64,000 bases of DNA. It comes from Camelus ferus. Lineage: Eukaryota. Where the stretch lies: the NCBI RefSeq assembly GCF_009834535.1, contig NC_045696.1:60452001-60516000 (forward strand), read 5' to 3'. The notes below the pieces were generated by a model, which was given only the letters and a program-made list of their open reading frames with translations, searched no databases and was not told the DNA's origin. Below are positions 15,283-29,484 of the stretch, piece by piece. The translations under genes and the position numbers were made by a program. Every line of letters starts with the position of its first letter. Position 1 is the stretch's first letter.

Positions 15283-16310
15283 TTGGACAAAAATCACAAC
15301 AATATTTTTTTCAAACTAGCTCCTGGAGTAATGGAAATAAAAGCAAAAATAAACAAATGGAATCTAATTAAACTTAAAAGTTTTTGCACAGCTAAGGACA
15401 CCATCAACAAAAAGAAAAGAAAACCAAGAGAATGGGAGAAAATACTTGCAAATGATGTGACTGAAAAGGGACTAATTTCCAAAATATACAAACAACTCAT
15501 ACCCTTAATATAAAAAAAAATAACAACAAACAAGCAACCCAGTCAAAAAATGAGCAGGAGACCTAAATAGACATCTCTCCAAAGAACACATCCAGGTGGT
15601 CAACAAGCACATGAAAAGATGCTCGACATAACTAATTGTCAGAGAAATGCAAATCAAAACTACAATGAGGTATCACCTCACACCAGTCAGAATGGCCATC
15701 ATTAAAAAATTCACAAACAATAAATGCTGCAGAGGGTGTGGAGAAAAAGGAACCCTCCTACACTATTGGTGGGAATGTAAATTGGTGCAGCCACTACGGG
15801 GGACAGTATGGAGATTCCTCAAAAAACTAAAAATAGACTTACCATATGATCCAGCAACCCCACTTCTGGGCATTTATCCAGAGAAAACTCTAATTCAAAA
15901 AGACACATGTACCTCAGTGTTCACAGCAGCACTATTTACAGTAGCCAAGACATGGAAACAACCCAAATGTCCATTGACAGACAACTGGATAAAGAAGATG
16001 TGGGGTTGTGTGTACACATATATACACATACACAAACACACACACAATGGAATACCACTCAGTCATATGAAAGAAAAAAATAATGCCATTTGCAGCAGCA
16101 TGGATGGAACTGAAGATTGTCATTCTAAAGTGAAGTAAGTCAGGAAGAGAAAGAAAAATGCCATATGATATTGCTTATACGTGGAATCTTAAAAAAAGGA
16201 CACAAACAAACTTATCTACAAAACAGAAACACACTCAGGGGCATAGAGAGCAAACTTATGGTTACCAGGGGGTAAAGGGGGTGGGAAGGGATAAATTGGG
16301 AATTGGAAAA
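15283..16310 (+). mobile_element. LINE-1 fragment (3' ORF2 plus start of 3'UTR)
   Basis: ORFs 15283-15513 ([17 protein letters not shown]) and 15647-16138 ([17 protein letters not shown]...WWECKLVQP) are L1 ORF2 pieces. Confidence 0.93.
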
Positions 16311-17692
16311 TTGCACCTTGTGGGGAGTGATGGAAATGTTAGCTATCTAGAGTGTCATAGTGGTTTCACTGGTGTATACATCTATCAAAATTCAAGTTGT
16401 ACATGAAATACGTGTAGTTTACTGTACAGGAACTATACCACAATAAAGGAGTCAAAAGAGAAACCTCAACTCATACGACAAGTAAAAAAAATTAATTAAT
16501 TAATTAATTTAATAAACTCAAAAAGTTTTTAAAAACTATTCTGTACTTTAATTCTTCTAACTACAAAAATTTTTGGCATCCCAAACTTACAAATTATATA
16601 CATTAAATATGTGCAGGGTTTTTTGGTATATCAAGTATACCTCAATAAATCTGTTTTTTAGAAATGCGGCATTTATATTGTGCTCCACAAATTTGTGATT
16701 CTTCCTCCTTAGCATAGTAACTAAGATTTATCTAACATTTACCATGTGCCAGGCACTGTCCTGGATGTTAAGGAGACAATGGTTGAGGGGGTGGTACACA
16801 TGGTCTCTTATCCTCTATAATCTATTGCATTTAATCCTACAGTAAGACTAAGAGCTTAACATTTTCATCTCTTATTTATTTAAAAATAAGAAAACAGAGG
16901 CTGAGAAAGGTTATTTGCCTAAAATCCCATTAATTAAGAAGGGACACCAAAATTTAAACCTAAGTCTTCCAAATCCAGCAACTGAGATCCTAATTACTGT
17001 GATCTGTGAATTATTTTTTACCCTCATGTTACCAATAAATAAACAAAATTTCAGGGAAGTGTCTTACTCAAGCTATTAAGATTTCAACACTAGGACTTAA
17101 ATCAAGATTTTAAATCTCTTAGTCCAGTGTTATTTCCATTAACTGCTTCTTAATAAATCTAAACTATTCAAACTTATTTTAAAATGATTTTTGCACAAAT
17201 GTATTTCATTTTTCCTTATATAAATTGTAGTTTGCTGCCAAAATGTGGAAAGAATTTCTAGCGGTTCTGGAACACCTACTGCTAAAGAGAAAGAAAATAA
17301 CTTAAAAGATAAAGTGGAGAAAAAGTCAACAATATTCAGATGAAGCATAAGACTTGAGTTTCAATCCTATTCTTATAATTATTATTGGGTGAACTTGGCT
17401 TCAGTAGTATGGAAAAACAAAAAAAGTGCAGGCTTGGAATTTAAAGAAACACAATCTAATTCCAAAGAGTAATATTAACAATGTGAGGCTAAACAACTAA
17501 AATTTAATCATTTGGAACTGTCTTCACCTGCAAAATGGAGGGAATAATTCTCACATTTTTTGTAGAGTTAAAAGAGATTATATATGTAAGGCATCAACTA
17601 TAGTACAGAGCAGTATATACTTGATTCTTGATGCCATTATCATAATCTTTTCCTCATCTGTTAATAAGTGGTAGTAATAATATCCAGCTTAT

Positions 17693-17922
17693 GGGGATTA
17701 AGAGACTACATGTTACTATAAATAAAACAGAAAAACAACAAGGATCTACTGTATAGCACAGGGAACTATATTCAATTTCTTGTAATAACCTAAAGTGGAA
17801 AAGAATCTGAAAAGGAAAAAAAAATATATATATGTATGCATGTATACGTGTAACTGAATTACTTTGCTGTATGCCTGAAACTAATATTGTAAATCAACTA
17901 CACTTCAATAACTAATTTAAAA
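17693..17922 (+). mobile_element. Short L1 3'UTR insertion within a MIR-like sequence
   Basis: ctactgtatagcacagggaactatattcaat motif; perfect 14-bp TSD aatatccagcttat at 17679-17692 and 17923-17936. Confidence 0.88.
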
Positions 17923-19089
17923 AATATCCAGCTTATACGCATTAGAAAATCAAATGAGATTACATTAAAAGTACCCTGAAAACTTTCAAGTTCTAAACAA
18001 ATATTTCTGGTTACTAATTATTACTATATAGTTGCAGATGTGTAATTGCCTGGATACATAGAAGGCTACCAATTTCTACAGAACATCTCCGCTTAGACAT
18101 CCTATTACCTAAAACTCAATACTGCTAAAAATAACATCTTTTTCACATCAGAACCTCCTTCCAAATTCCTTGCCTTTCTTTCTTCCCCCCTGCTTTTCAA
18201 TATGCTATATTATATCCCAGTCTCCTATCTAAAGACATCTTTTACTTTTCTTCTCCACTTCCAAGTGGAGCTTAAAGTGGAGACCGAGTCTAGTTGTTTT
18301 TCTTTTTTCTCAACATCATATATAACTTTAGAAACTATATTTCACATTTTCTACTCTAGATCATTTACAAAGATAGTAAGTTGGGAATCTCATACACTAC
18401 TAGAGGGAGAAGATGATGATCAAAATTTGCAGACTGTAACTTGGTCAGTATATGTCAAGAGCCGTAAGAAATCTACACTGAAGAAATAATCTCACATGAC
18501 AACAATGTCTACATGTAACATCACAATATTATTTATGATAGTGAATAAACTGCCAACAGTCTAATGCCCAGTAAAGAAATAGTGAGAGAAATTACAATAC
18601 AGCTATATAACATACAGTAATCAGAAATCTTATTTTCAAATAATAATAATGACATAGTGAAATGCTTATGGTTTAAAGTTAAGTGATATATAGATAAATA
18701 TGTAGATAAATATATTTTTATAATTTTATACAGATACATATGCAGCAATTTTGATACAAACATGCAAATACGCAGAAAGACAAACAAAAAAGGAAATACT
18801 AAAATGCTAACAAGTAAATGTTAGTAGTGATTATCCTAGAGAAGTGAGATGATAGCAATTTTTTAATCTTCTTTATAGTTTAAAATTTTTTTCATTTTCT
18901 CAACAAGTATGTGTTACTTTATAATCCTAAAAAGACAGTAAGTCCAGTCTTAGTACAAATCCCTAGTATTAATCAAAGAAATACCTATTTACTATTATCT
19001 TAATATACTAAGTTGTTCTAAGAATTGAAACATTAAGCCAGCAAAATTAAACTGAAAAAATTTCTATGGGTGAGTGGGGAAAAAAAAAG

Positions 19090-20230
19090 AAAAAGCCATC
19101 AAATAAATCTTGATCTCTATCTCACATATCAGCAAAAATGAATTCCAAATAGACTGTTGAACTAGATGGGAGAAGAAAACCATAAGGCATCTAGAAGTCA
19201 ACAAAGGAAATTATCTTCATAACCTTGGGGTGGGCAAAGAATTCCTAAACAAGATACACAAAACACTAACCAAAAGGAAGACTTATAAACTGAACTTCAT
19301 TAACATTGACTTCTGAAAAAAAAAAAAAACTGACTTCTGTATATTAAAAGAGTAAAATGGCAAATCAGAGTAGAAAAGATAATTGCAATAGATTATCTTT
19401 GCAAAGATAAAGAAATACTACAAATCTGGAACAGAAAGAATCTAATAGAAAAGTGGGCAAGATAAATATGCACCTTACAAAAAATAACATTCAAATTGCC
19501 AGTAAATACAAAAGGCACTAAATTTCATTAGTTATCAGCAAAATGCAACCTAAAATCACACTGCAATACTATTACCAAATCACCAAAATGGCTAACATTT
19601 AAGTACTGACAATTCCAAATATCAAGGATACTGAGCAATTAGTATAAATTGGCAAAACTACTTAGAAAAACTTCTGACAGTATTTCCTAAAGCTGAACAT
19701 ACACATACCCAGCAAATTCAGTCCTAAATATATAGCCCACAGAAATGAGTATGCACATGCACCAGAAGATACTTTCAAGAATACTTGCAGCAGCACTTTT
19801 CCCAACAGCCAACATCCTGAAACAATCTACATGCCTATTATACTAGAATAAATTTTGATATATTCACACAACTGACAATTATACAGAAATGAAAATAAAC
19901 AACTACTACATGCAATAATATGGATGTATCTCATAACATAAAACAAAGACATCAGACATTAGAGTAGATAGTATATGATTCTATTTATATTGAATTCAAA
20001 GTCAGGTAAAGCTAATTGACCACGATAAAAGTGTTGAGGTTATCTTTAGGAATTAGAGGAGGGTTGTAACTAAGAGACAGAAGAGGGGGAGGGCCCCTGG
20101 GATACTGATAATGTTCTACATCTTAATCTGCATAGTGATTACACAAGTATGTTCATTTTTAAGGAAACTTATCACTTACAACTTGTGTATTTTCTGTATG
20201 AATGTTGTATTTCAATAAAGATATACACCC
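19090..20230 (+). mobile_element. Ancient L1 (L1M) ORF2 end and 3'UTR, degraded
   Basis: Degenerate collinear L1 3' motifs ending in tgtatttcaataaa. Confidence 0.7.
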
Positions 20231-22539
20231 AGAAAAAGTGTTACAAATGTGTAGATACATAAATAGATAAATACAAGAAACATGCTTGTACCATACAGAC
20301 ATCTATATATACAAGCATGATCCTTTCATCATTATTTCATTCAAACATATCTAGTAATAAAATAAATATCCATCAAGAGGGAAGTGGTTAAAGAAAATAA
20401 GGCACACCATTTAATCACTCATTAAAATAAGTAAGCTTTATATGCAGTAACATGGAAATTTCTACAAGATGCTATTAAGTAATGCAGATTTCAAAAGCAA
20501 AGTACATCTAATTTATGTAAAACAAAATATATGTATACGTTCATAAGATAAATATTTACAAAACATAGTACATAGAATAAATACACACACACATTCTGTA
20601 TGTTTTGTCCATAAATTCTAAATTTCCAGGATATCAGTATTAGTAGTTAGCTGTTTAGAATCAGAGTAAGCAAATGTTAGAAACAAGGAACTTTTACTTT
20701 TTTCTTTCTTCTCTTCGAAATTGTTTTAATTTTTACAATGACTATGTTGTCCTTTTATAATGCACTTCATCATACAATTAGAAAAAAGACCTAAGTAGAC
20801 ATCTGTGAGATTGATCTAGCTAGACTGACCCTGTCACAGCCTTGTATACAATGATTTTCAATTTGGGAAATCACACTGATCAAAGTAAGAGTGTAACTCT
20901 CATTCAGTACCACCGTCTCACAATTCTAGATCAATCAATTAGATATCAAAGATCAGACAGAACTACATGAAAAGTGTTAGAAGACTGGTTATGTTATTAA
21001 TGTTATATAGAAAGAAATCTTCTCTTAACAATTCATGTTCAACTACAGGAAAAAGAAAAAGATAAACTAAATCAAACAACTTTAAGAGCACTGAGGATAC
21101 TGAAAAATAGAACATTTTGGGTTAGCTACCTAACACTATCTACCTACCAGGTGAGTTGAAATCATTAACAGTAAGCAGTAACATGACTCTCACCAGGAAA
21201 AACTATAAAGCAATATTACTCACTCTATATTTTCTGCTCGAATACTTATTCCTATCAAATAGGAATCCATTTTAAATTGCATATAAGCAAGTAAAATCTT
21301 GTTAAAAAAAAAAAAACCCGAGAATTTGTATAAACTGCCATCTACTCTCTTTTAAGTGATCTCAATTAATAAATCTATTTCTTAAAATGATATCCAAAGA
21401 TTATGCTGAAGTAAGAAGCATTTGAATGCAGGAAAAAAGCACTTCTTAAGGCATATAGCCCCAATAAAAGCCAATGTAATCACCTCAATAGACAAAGACC
21501 AGATAGCCAATGAACATAAAGCTACTTCTGAATGCCTCAAATGAACTTAAAAAGAAATGCATTGGTAATCAGAACTGCCTACAACTAACAAATAACTTTG
21601 CTGGAAAAGTATACAATATAATAGGGATAACAAGTTGGGAGTTAACCAAAAAGAGAGGAAGAAACATACCCTACCAATGACTATTTAAGCAAAGAAATAA
21701 GAGTCAAATAGATTTGTCACCTTCCAGGATGACTGTGAAAGATCATGTTATCAATAAATGTAATCTTGTGACAAAAAATAGTATCTTAAAATCACTGACA
21801 TGGATAAAATTATTCCTTTTTTCTTTTTAACAGGAGAAGAAATTCACTTATTACAAGACCTATACTCAAATTCCTAGCATCACTGTATCAGGTTTTTTAT
21901 CAACTGGAGAAAGAGGTATTAGGAAATTAGATATTTTTGAAAAATATTTAAACAACCCTCCTTAAACTAACGATAGGATTTAAGGAAATTTAAAAACTAA
22001 AAACAAAAGAGGTCTTACAGCAATTGCCAAATACATTTTGAGTTTCCTAGGCCATTAAACAAAATAATCATAAATATAAAATGTATAAAAGGATGACTAC
22101 AACTTTATTCATGCTGTTTTACAGCACAGAAACTCAAGACTAAAATAAAATGCTACACAAATGTTAAAAGTATATTTTTTCAGGAGTTACCAATACCTGA
22201 AATACTTTACATTTTATTATATCTTAAATGAACACAATTTTTTATAGTTCCTAATTTATAAAATCCTTTTGTTCAGGTGTACTCCAGCAGCCTTCTAGAA
22301 AACAAATGTGGCATATGTCATTCTGAATTACAATTTGCTCCATTTTGTCAATACAAACATGTCTTTTACTCTTCAACATACTTGACAACAAACTGGAAAA
22401 ATACAGAACATAAAGTTCCCAATTCCTCTTCTATAGCTATAATTAAAAGGATAAATCAAATGTATCTTTTTCAAATTTCTGAAATAAATTTAGTTTTTGA
22501 GTTGAGAGGCTTTCTAATACTGTAAAATAAATAAATAAA

Positions 22540-22670
22540 ACTTCCTGCAATGATGGAAATATTCTTTATCTATGCTGTCTAATACAGAAGCCACTCACTG
22601 CATAAGCATTTGAACTGTGCCTAATGCAACTAAGGAACTGAAATACTAGTTTTAGTTCATTTTAATTCAA
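22540..22670. mobile_element. hAT-Charlie MITE fragment (MER3-like)
   Basis: ctgcaatgatggaaatattctttatctatgctgtctaata...gcaactaaggaactgaa motif. Confidence 0.7.
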
Positions 22671-23599
22671 ATTTCTAACATAAGAAAACAAAGTTCTAAT
22701 GAGCAAACTACAAATATTCAAAAGTTGGTCTGCAGATTGCTGTTGAAAATGTAGACCCACTGAGTTGAATCTGGGTGACTGATTTAGAGTAGTAAGGTCA
22801 AGATGAATCCTAAAAACTAACAGTTATCACAGATGAAGAACTTTTACTTCAAATGTCACAAAATAGGGAGTTTACATAGGCTACAAAATCTAAATTATTA
22901 ACAATTTAAGAACACACAAAACTCAACTTTTTGTTTTGAATTTACAAAAAAAGTTAGTATGAAATAAACTTTGTGATTTCCAAGTGAATGAGCAAATAAA
23001 AGGAAAAAAAATTAGCATACCCAATATCTATTTTTAAAAGACTTTGAGCATAAAATCTAGAAAGGAGGAAAGGCTTGGTGGCTTAAGTTTTCACTTTGGG
23101 GGACCCAGATCATGCTGTTCTAGATCAATGCCCTCTCTTTAACTAAAAAATGTATATTCATGATCCCAAGACCTGCCCTTCACACCACTTTGCCTTATCA
23201 GCAGGCATGCATAAGTAACAAGGAAGAGATGTAATTGCCCATTCTGTTATGTCTACTATAAAGTAACGTTACACAAATCCTAAATTCTGCCCACTTGGTA
23301 TGAGACAACTTTTCACTGATTCACTCTCCAACTGGACTCAAATCTATCATTATCTATTAGGAGTAACAGGGCTCAATTATGGATTATCCAAAATTTGGAA
23401 TATCAAGCAGGCATTTAGGAAGTTATTAGAAGAATAAGGAGTTGAGAAAAGTTCAAAATATGCTGCTAAATGGAAAGAGTAGATAAAAAGCAACATGATC
23501 CTATGCATGGTATGCATATCAAAAAAGCACTGAAGGACATAAACCACAATGTTACGAGTCATTATATCCGGTGGCAGGGTACAACAGGGTGTTGAATCC

Positions 23600-25640
23600 T
23601 AGAGAAACATACACCTATGTTCACACAAAAACCTACTCATGAATGTTCACAGCAGCTTTACCTGTAATAGCCAAATGCAAATAACTAAAATGTCACTCAA
23701 TAAGTAAATGTTTAAACTGTGGTATAACCACACCGTAGAATACTCTATAATAAAAAAGAACAAATTACTGATCTATACAACTTAGATGGTTCTCAAGGGC
23801 ATTATGTTAAGTGAAAAAAGTCAATCCCAAAGGTCACATACTGTGTGATTCCACTGATACAATATTCTCAAAATGACAAAGTTTTAGAGATGGAAAATAG
23901 ATTAGGGTAGGATAGCCAGGGGTTAGGAATGGTAGTGGGAAGAAGAGGTGTGGCTACAAAGGGGTAGCACCAGAGACATCTTTGTTGTGATGGATTAGCT
24001 CTGCATTTTGATTGTCACAGTAGTTACACATATCTACATGTATGATAAAGTATACAACATGGACATATCGTAGCAATGTCAATTTTCTGATTTTGATATT
24101 TTGTACTATAGTTATATAAAATATAAACACTCAGGAGAAACTGTGAAAAGTACATGGAACCTTTCTGTATTATTTTGGCAACTTCCTATGAACCTATGTA
24201 ACTTCAAAACTAAGTTTAAGCTGGATCAAAACAAAGTGTCACATCCCAGACAGGATGAAGAGGGCATATGCATGGGAGGGCTGCCCAAAGCAAGATGTCA
24301 GGGTGTAAGCAGAAAGGAAGTTCTCCATATAAAAGGGCAACTTAGCATAAGGTATCAGAGCCCAAGCAATATAAAGAAGGGTCGACATTGTGGGGTAAGA
24401 GCAGCCTGGAGCAAGGTTATCAAAACTAAGTGGAGTGAGTAAATGATCAAAGAGTGGGCTTGGAGCAACACAGCATATATGGAGGGATCCATGTGGTAAT
24501 GAGGTGCAGCATAAACTGTCAAAGTATATACTGGGGTGCAGGGCATCCATGCAGGAGGCAAGGGGTGGCACACAGTACCATGAAGTACGGGAGCTGTGCA
24601 GAGTAAGAAGGGAAGGTGGGGGAAGGGCAGCAGTGTTGAGGAAAAAATGGTTATACAGAGATGAGGGTGGCGGGGAAGGGTCTGATAAAATAAGTAAATA
24701 TATTAAGGATCAGAAGTCAGGTTTCTAACAATCTGAGAAAGGAGTTTTAAACATGGAAGTGAGAAAACTAAAATGTACTCCATGGTAATAGACTATAATT
24801 GGAGGCATCAGTGTGAACTTGTGGTTTTCAATACTTAAAGATAAACAGATAATTATAGATATAAATGTGTGTACGTACATACAGATAAATGTATGTAAGT
24901 ACATATATATACATATTTTCTCTGGTTTTGTCCACTGACAGCCCTGAAAGCTATACCCCAACAGCAATAAGCAGCATACTGAGCACCTAGATCTTAGCTT
25001 CAAAATACCATTCTCCACTAAAATGAACTGGGGCTGCTTAGAGAAGTGGCTGATTTCAGGGAAGAGGCAGCAAAAATATAAGATAAGCCTAGAACATCTC
25101 ATTAAAGAAGGCAAGAAAGTTCTCAAAGATTGATGGGACATGTCAAAAGAACACAGAAGCCACCATGAAATGGCTCTGATCGGCCAAATCTTAAACCAAG
25201 CATTAAAATAATCACAGTAATAGATTTTAACCCAGTGAATAAAACTCCTAAATCCATATTGAAACACAAAAAATAAATGAATAAATCAAAAAGTATGATG
25301 AAATAAGACTAACTTTACACTGGCAAAATCTGGCAGACATCACCTTAATTAACTGATCAAAGTGAACCATCATCAGAAGGGGGCAAATAAAAATCATGTG
25401 CCACCTGTTAGAATGCAGTACGGAGAGAACACAGCAATCCCCTTTTTGCAATTCACCTGCCAAAGGTAGTAACTTAAATCGAGCAAAGAGGAAAAATCAA
25501 ATAAACCAGAACTGAAAGACATCCTACAAAACAGTTTGTAATTTTCATGTATGATGATCACAAAATTTTAGAAGTGAGAAATTAACCCAGACCAGAGAAA
25601 ACCAAAGAGACACGACAACTAATGCAACATATAATTTTGA
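23600..25640 (+). mobile_element. Ancient L1 3' fragments (L1MC-like)
   Basis: atgttcacagcagcttta, attatgttaagtgaaaaaag, ataccattctccactaaaatgaac and gtgaaccatcatcag motifs. Confidence 0.65.
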
Positions 25641-25659
25641 ACTGGGTCTTTCCGCAAAC

Positions 25660-28370
25660 AAACTTCAACAGCTAGAGAACAAGTACATCAGTAAGGATAT
25701 AAAAGAGCTGAAGAACACAACTAGCCAACTTGACCTAACTGACATTTACAAAAATAACCCACCCAACAGCAGCCAGACTCCACATTCTTTTCAAGTGAAT
25801 ACAGAGCGTTCACCAACTAATCATATGGTAGGCCTTAAAACAAGTCTCAATAAAGCTAAAAAGGACTGAAATCATACATGTACATTCTCTCACCACGGTG
25901 ATTAACTATCAATGACAAAAAGATACCTGGAAAATTTCAAAACATTCAGAAATTAAGCAAAACATTTCTAATTAACTCATAGGTTAAACAGAAATCACAA
26001 AGGAAGTTAAGAGAAATTTAGAACTTCGAATACATCAAAACCAAAGAAAAGTCTAAAATAAGTCATCTGACCTTCTACTTTAAAAAGCTAAAAAAAAAAA
26101 GAGCAAATTAAAAATAAAGTAGAAGGAAACAAATAACAGAGTAAAGATGAATGAAAATCAAAATGAACAACAGCGAGAATCAGTAAAACCAAAACTTGAT
26201 TCTTTGAAAAGACTAGTAAAACTGATAAATCTCTATCCAGATTAATGAAGGAAAAGACAAATTAGCACTAGCAGGAATGAGAAAGAATAATTACAGATCC
26301 TTTTAGACAGTAAAAGAATTAGGAAAATATCATGAAAACTTTTGTTCAATTAAAAAATGAAGAAATGGACAAATTCTTTGAAAAATATGCTATGAAAACT
26401 GAATCAAGAAAAAATTTTAAATTCTGAGTTGTCTTATATATGTTTTAAAAATTGAATTTGGAAGTAGAAATTTTCCCACAAAGAAAACTCAGCCCCAGAT
26501 TAGTTTTAATGGTGAAGCCTATCAAATATGTATGACAAATGATTCCAATCTTACACAAACTCTTTCAGAAAATAGAGGGAACTACTTCCTATCTCATTTT
26601 TAGAGGCCAGTGTAACTAAAACAAAGACTGCAAGAAAACCAGTATCCCTTATAAACATACACATAAACATTAAAAAAAAAACAAAAAAACTAGTAAACTG
26701 AGGGGGGAGGGTATAGCTCAAATGGTAGACAGAGCACATGCTTAGCATGCAGAAGGTCCAAGGTTCAATCCCCAGTAAAAAATAATTAAATAAATAAGCC
26801 CAATTACCTCCCCTACCCCTGCCCAAAAACACCTAAAAAAAAATTAGTAAACTGAATCCAACAACATCTATAAAAAGGATTACACATCATGACCAAGCGT
26901 GGTTTATCATAGGAATGCAGAGTTGGTTTAACATTTGAGATCAATCAATAAATTCACTATATTAAGAAAAGGGGAGAAATATATGATCATCTAATAGTCG
27001 CAGAAAAAACATCTGATGATGCTATATATCCATTTGTAGTTTAAAACAAAATCTCAACAAACTAGAAAGAAAACTTCTACCTAATAAAGATCATCTATGA
27101 AAAATCTATAGCTAAAACAATTCTTAATGGTAAAAAACTGAATGCAGTCCCCTGAAGATCAAGAATAAAGCAAAGATATCTACTCTTACTATTTCTATTC
27201 AACACTGTACTGAAGGCCTAGTCAATACAATAAGGAAGAAAAAAGAAGTAAAAAGCATACAGATTGGAAAGGAAAATGTAAAATCTATGCACAATGACTG
27301 TGAATAAACCTAAGGAATCTAACAAAATAATTACTAGAATTAATAAGGACATATAACAAAGTCACAGGATACACGGCCAATATAAAAAGCATCAACTGCA
27401 TTTCTATATACTCATAAACAATTAGACACTGAAATTTTTTTTAACATTTACAGTTGCATCTGAAACATGAAACATGGGTAAATTTAACGAATAAATATGT
27501 TTAGTAACTATACAATGAAAACTATAGAACAAATGCTAAGAGAAATTAAAGAAAAGCTAAATAAGTAGCAACATATGTTCATGGATTGGAAGACTCTATT
27601 TTTTAGATGTTGATTTTCATCAAGTCAATATATATATAATCAATGTGATCCCAATCAAAACCCAGAGAGCTCAGTTTATAAAAACTGAAAGGCTGCATTT
27701 ATATGTATATTCTACATTTTATATGAAAATGCAAACAAACTACAATAGTCACAGCAATCTTGCAAAAATATAAAATCAGAGGACTTAACACTACATGATC
27801 AAGATTCCCTATTAAAATAACAGCAATCAAGAGTAATACTGGTGACAAAGAGACACTATATCAAACAAAATGAAAACAGAAGAGAAATAGTTTAATTTCT
27901 ATAAAAATATAACCCCCAAAATTTAAAAAACTTGTACAAAAATGTTCATAGCAGCTTTATTCATAAAGGCTGAAACTCGAGATAGCAAATAACCATAAAA
28001 AGGGAAATAAACAAAACTTCAGGATAATAAAACAACAGTGTTAATCAACAATGAAAAGGAGTTAACTATTTACTGATACATTCAACCAACACTGAAAACT
28101 GCAGAAACACTATGTTGAGCAAAAGAAGCTGGACACAAGTTACATATGATCCCATTCACATAAAGTTCTCAAGGGACAACACTAATCTTTGATGGGAAAA
28201 AAAAAATCAAAACAATTGTTGTGGAGAGGACTGACCAGAAAGAAACACAAAGAAACTTTCTAGGATGAGGAAAATATTCTGTATCTTGATGTGCTGTGGG
28301 TTACACAAGTTTATGCAGCTGTCAATGCTCTGAACTATAAATTTAGGATCTGACAGCATTTCACTTAAAA
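25660..28370 (+). mobile_element. Degraded L1 ORF2 (endonuclease to RT region) and 3' end
   Basis: A-rich L1 coding remnants (cacattcttttcaagt, ggaatgcagagttggtttaacat, atgttcatggattggaagact) with many stops; hosts the SINE at 26702. Confidence 0.8.
26702..26844 (+). mobile_element. tRNA-derived SINE (camelid Vic-1-like) inserted in an old L1
   Basis: ggggagggtatagctca (A box)...ggttcaatcccc (B box), A-rich tail; TSD tagtaaactga at 26691-26701 and 26845-26855. Confidence 0.9.
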
Positions 28371-28869
28371 ATTTTCCTTAATTAAAAAAAAATTTTTTTC
28401 ACTCAAAAAATACTTGATTGCCTACTATAACCCAGTTATTGAGAACACAAAGTTAAAATACAAAAGAGACCTTATGGTCTTGGAAGCAAAGAAATGAAAA
28501 TTACACAAAAGAGAGTTTTGAGAAGTGAAAAAACGGCAGATTGCCAGACAAAGAATATTACAAGTACATACAACATGTACAGAAATAATAGGAAAAAAAT
28601 CATATTAAACCTGGGCAACTAAAGTAATTCGATGTGGTTAAGGTATGAAGTGGGGAGAGGGGCTTGACCTACTGTACACAGAGTCTAGATAAGAAGAGAC
28701 CTGATTACAAAGGCTGTTTCAGCCCAAGCAAAAGAGTACATTTCAGCTGTTTAGCAACAAGAAACCTCTGAAAACATTTTGGTAGTGGAGTGATAAGTAT
28801 GAAACTCATTTTGGAAAGATCACCATAGAAACTATCTGAAATACAGATTGGACAAGGCTCAGGCTACAC

Positions 28870-29439
28870 TCAATCCAATAAGAAGGCCACTGCAACCAAC
28901 AGATTACTTTATTCAACAGCAAAACACTAATTCTTCTCAAACTCACATAGAGCATTCACCAAGACAGATCACATTCAGGGCCATAAAACACAACTTCATT
29001 AATTTACAAGAACAGGAAATCATACAATATACACTCTCAGACCACAATGAAATTAAACTAGAAATCAGTAACAGAAAAACAGCTGGAAAACACAAAAATA
29101 CTTGGGAGATTAAACAATATACTTCCAAATGACACATGGATCAAAGATACTTGAAATCTCAGGAGAAACTGAAAGATAAATCTAACTAAATGAAAAAAAA
29201 ATACAACTTATCAAAATTTGTGGGACAGTGAAAACAGTGCTTAAATTTGTATCACTGAATGCAGTATTACATGTATTAGAAAAGAAGATCTAAAATCAGT
29301 CATCTAACTTTCCACTTTTGAAAACGAGGGAGAAAAAAGGGCAAATTAAATCCAAAATAACAAAAGAAATCATATAAATTAAGAGTAGGGGGAGGGTACA
29401 GCTCAGTGGTGGGGAGGGTATAAGTCAGTGGAGGAACAG

Positions 29440-29484
<45 letters not shown>
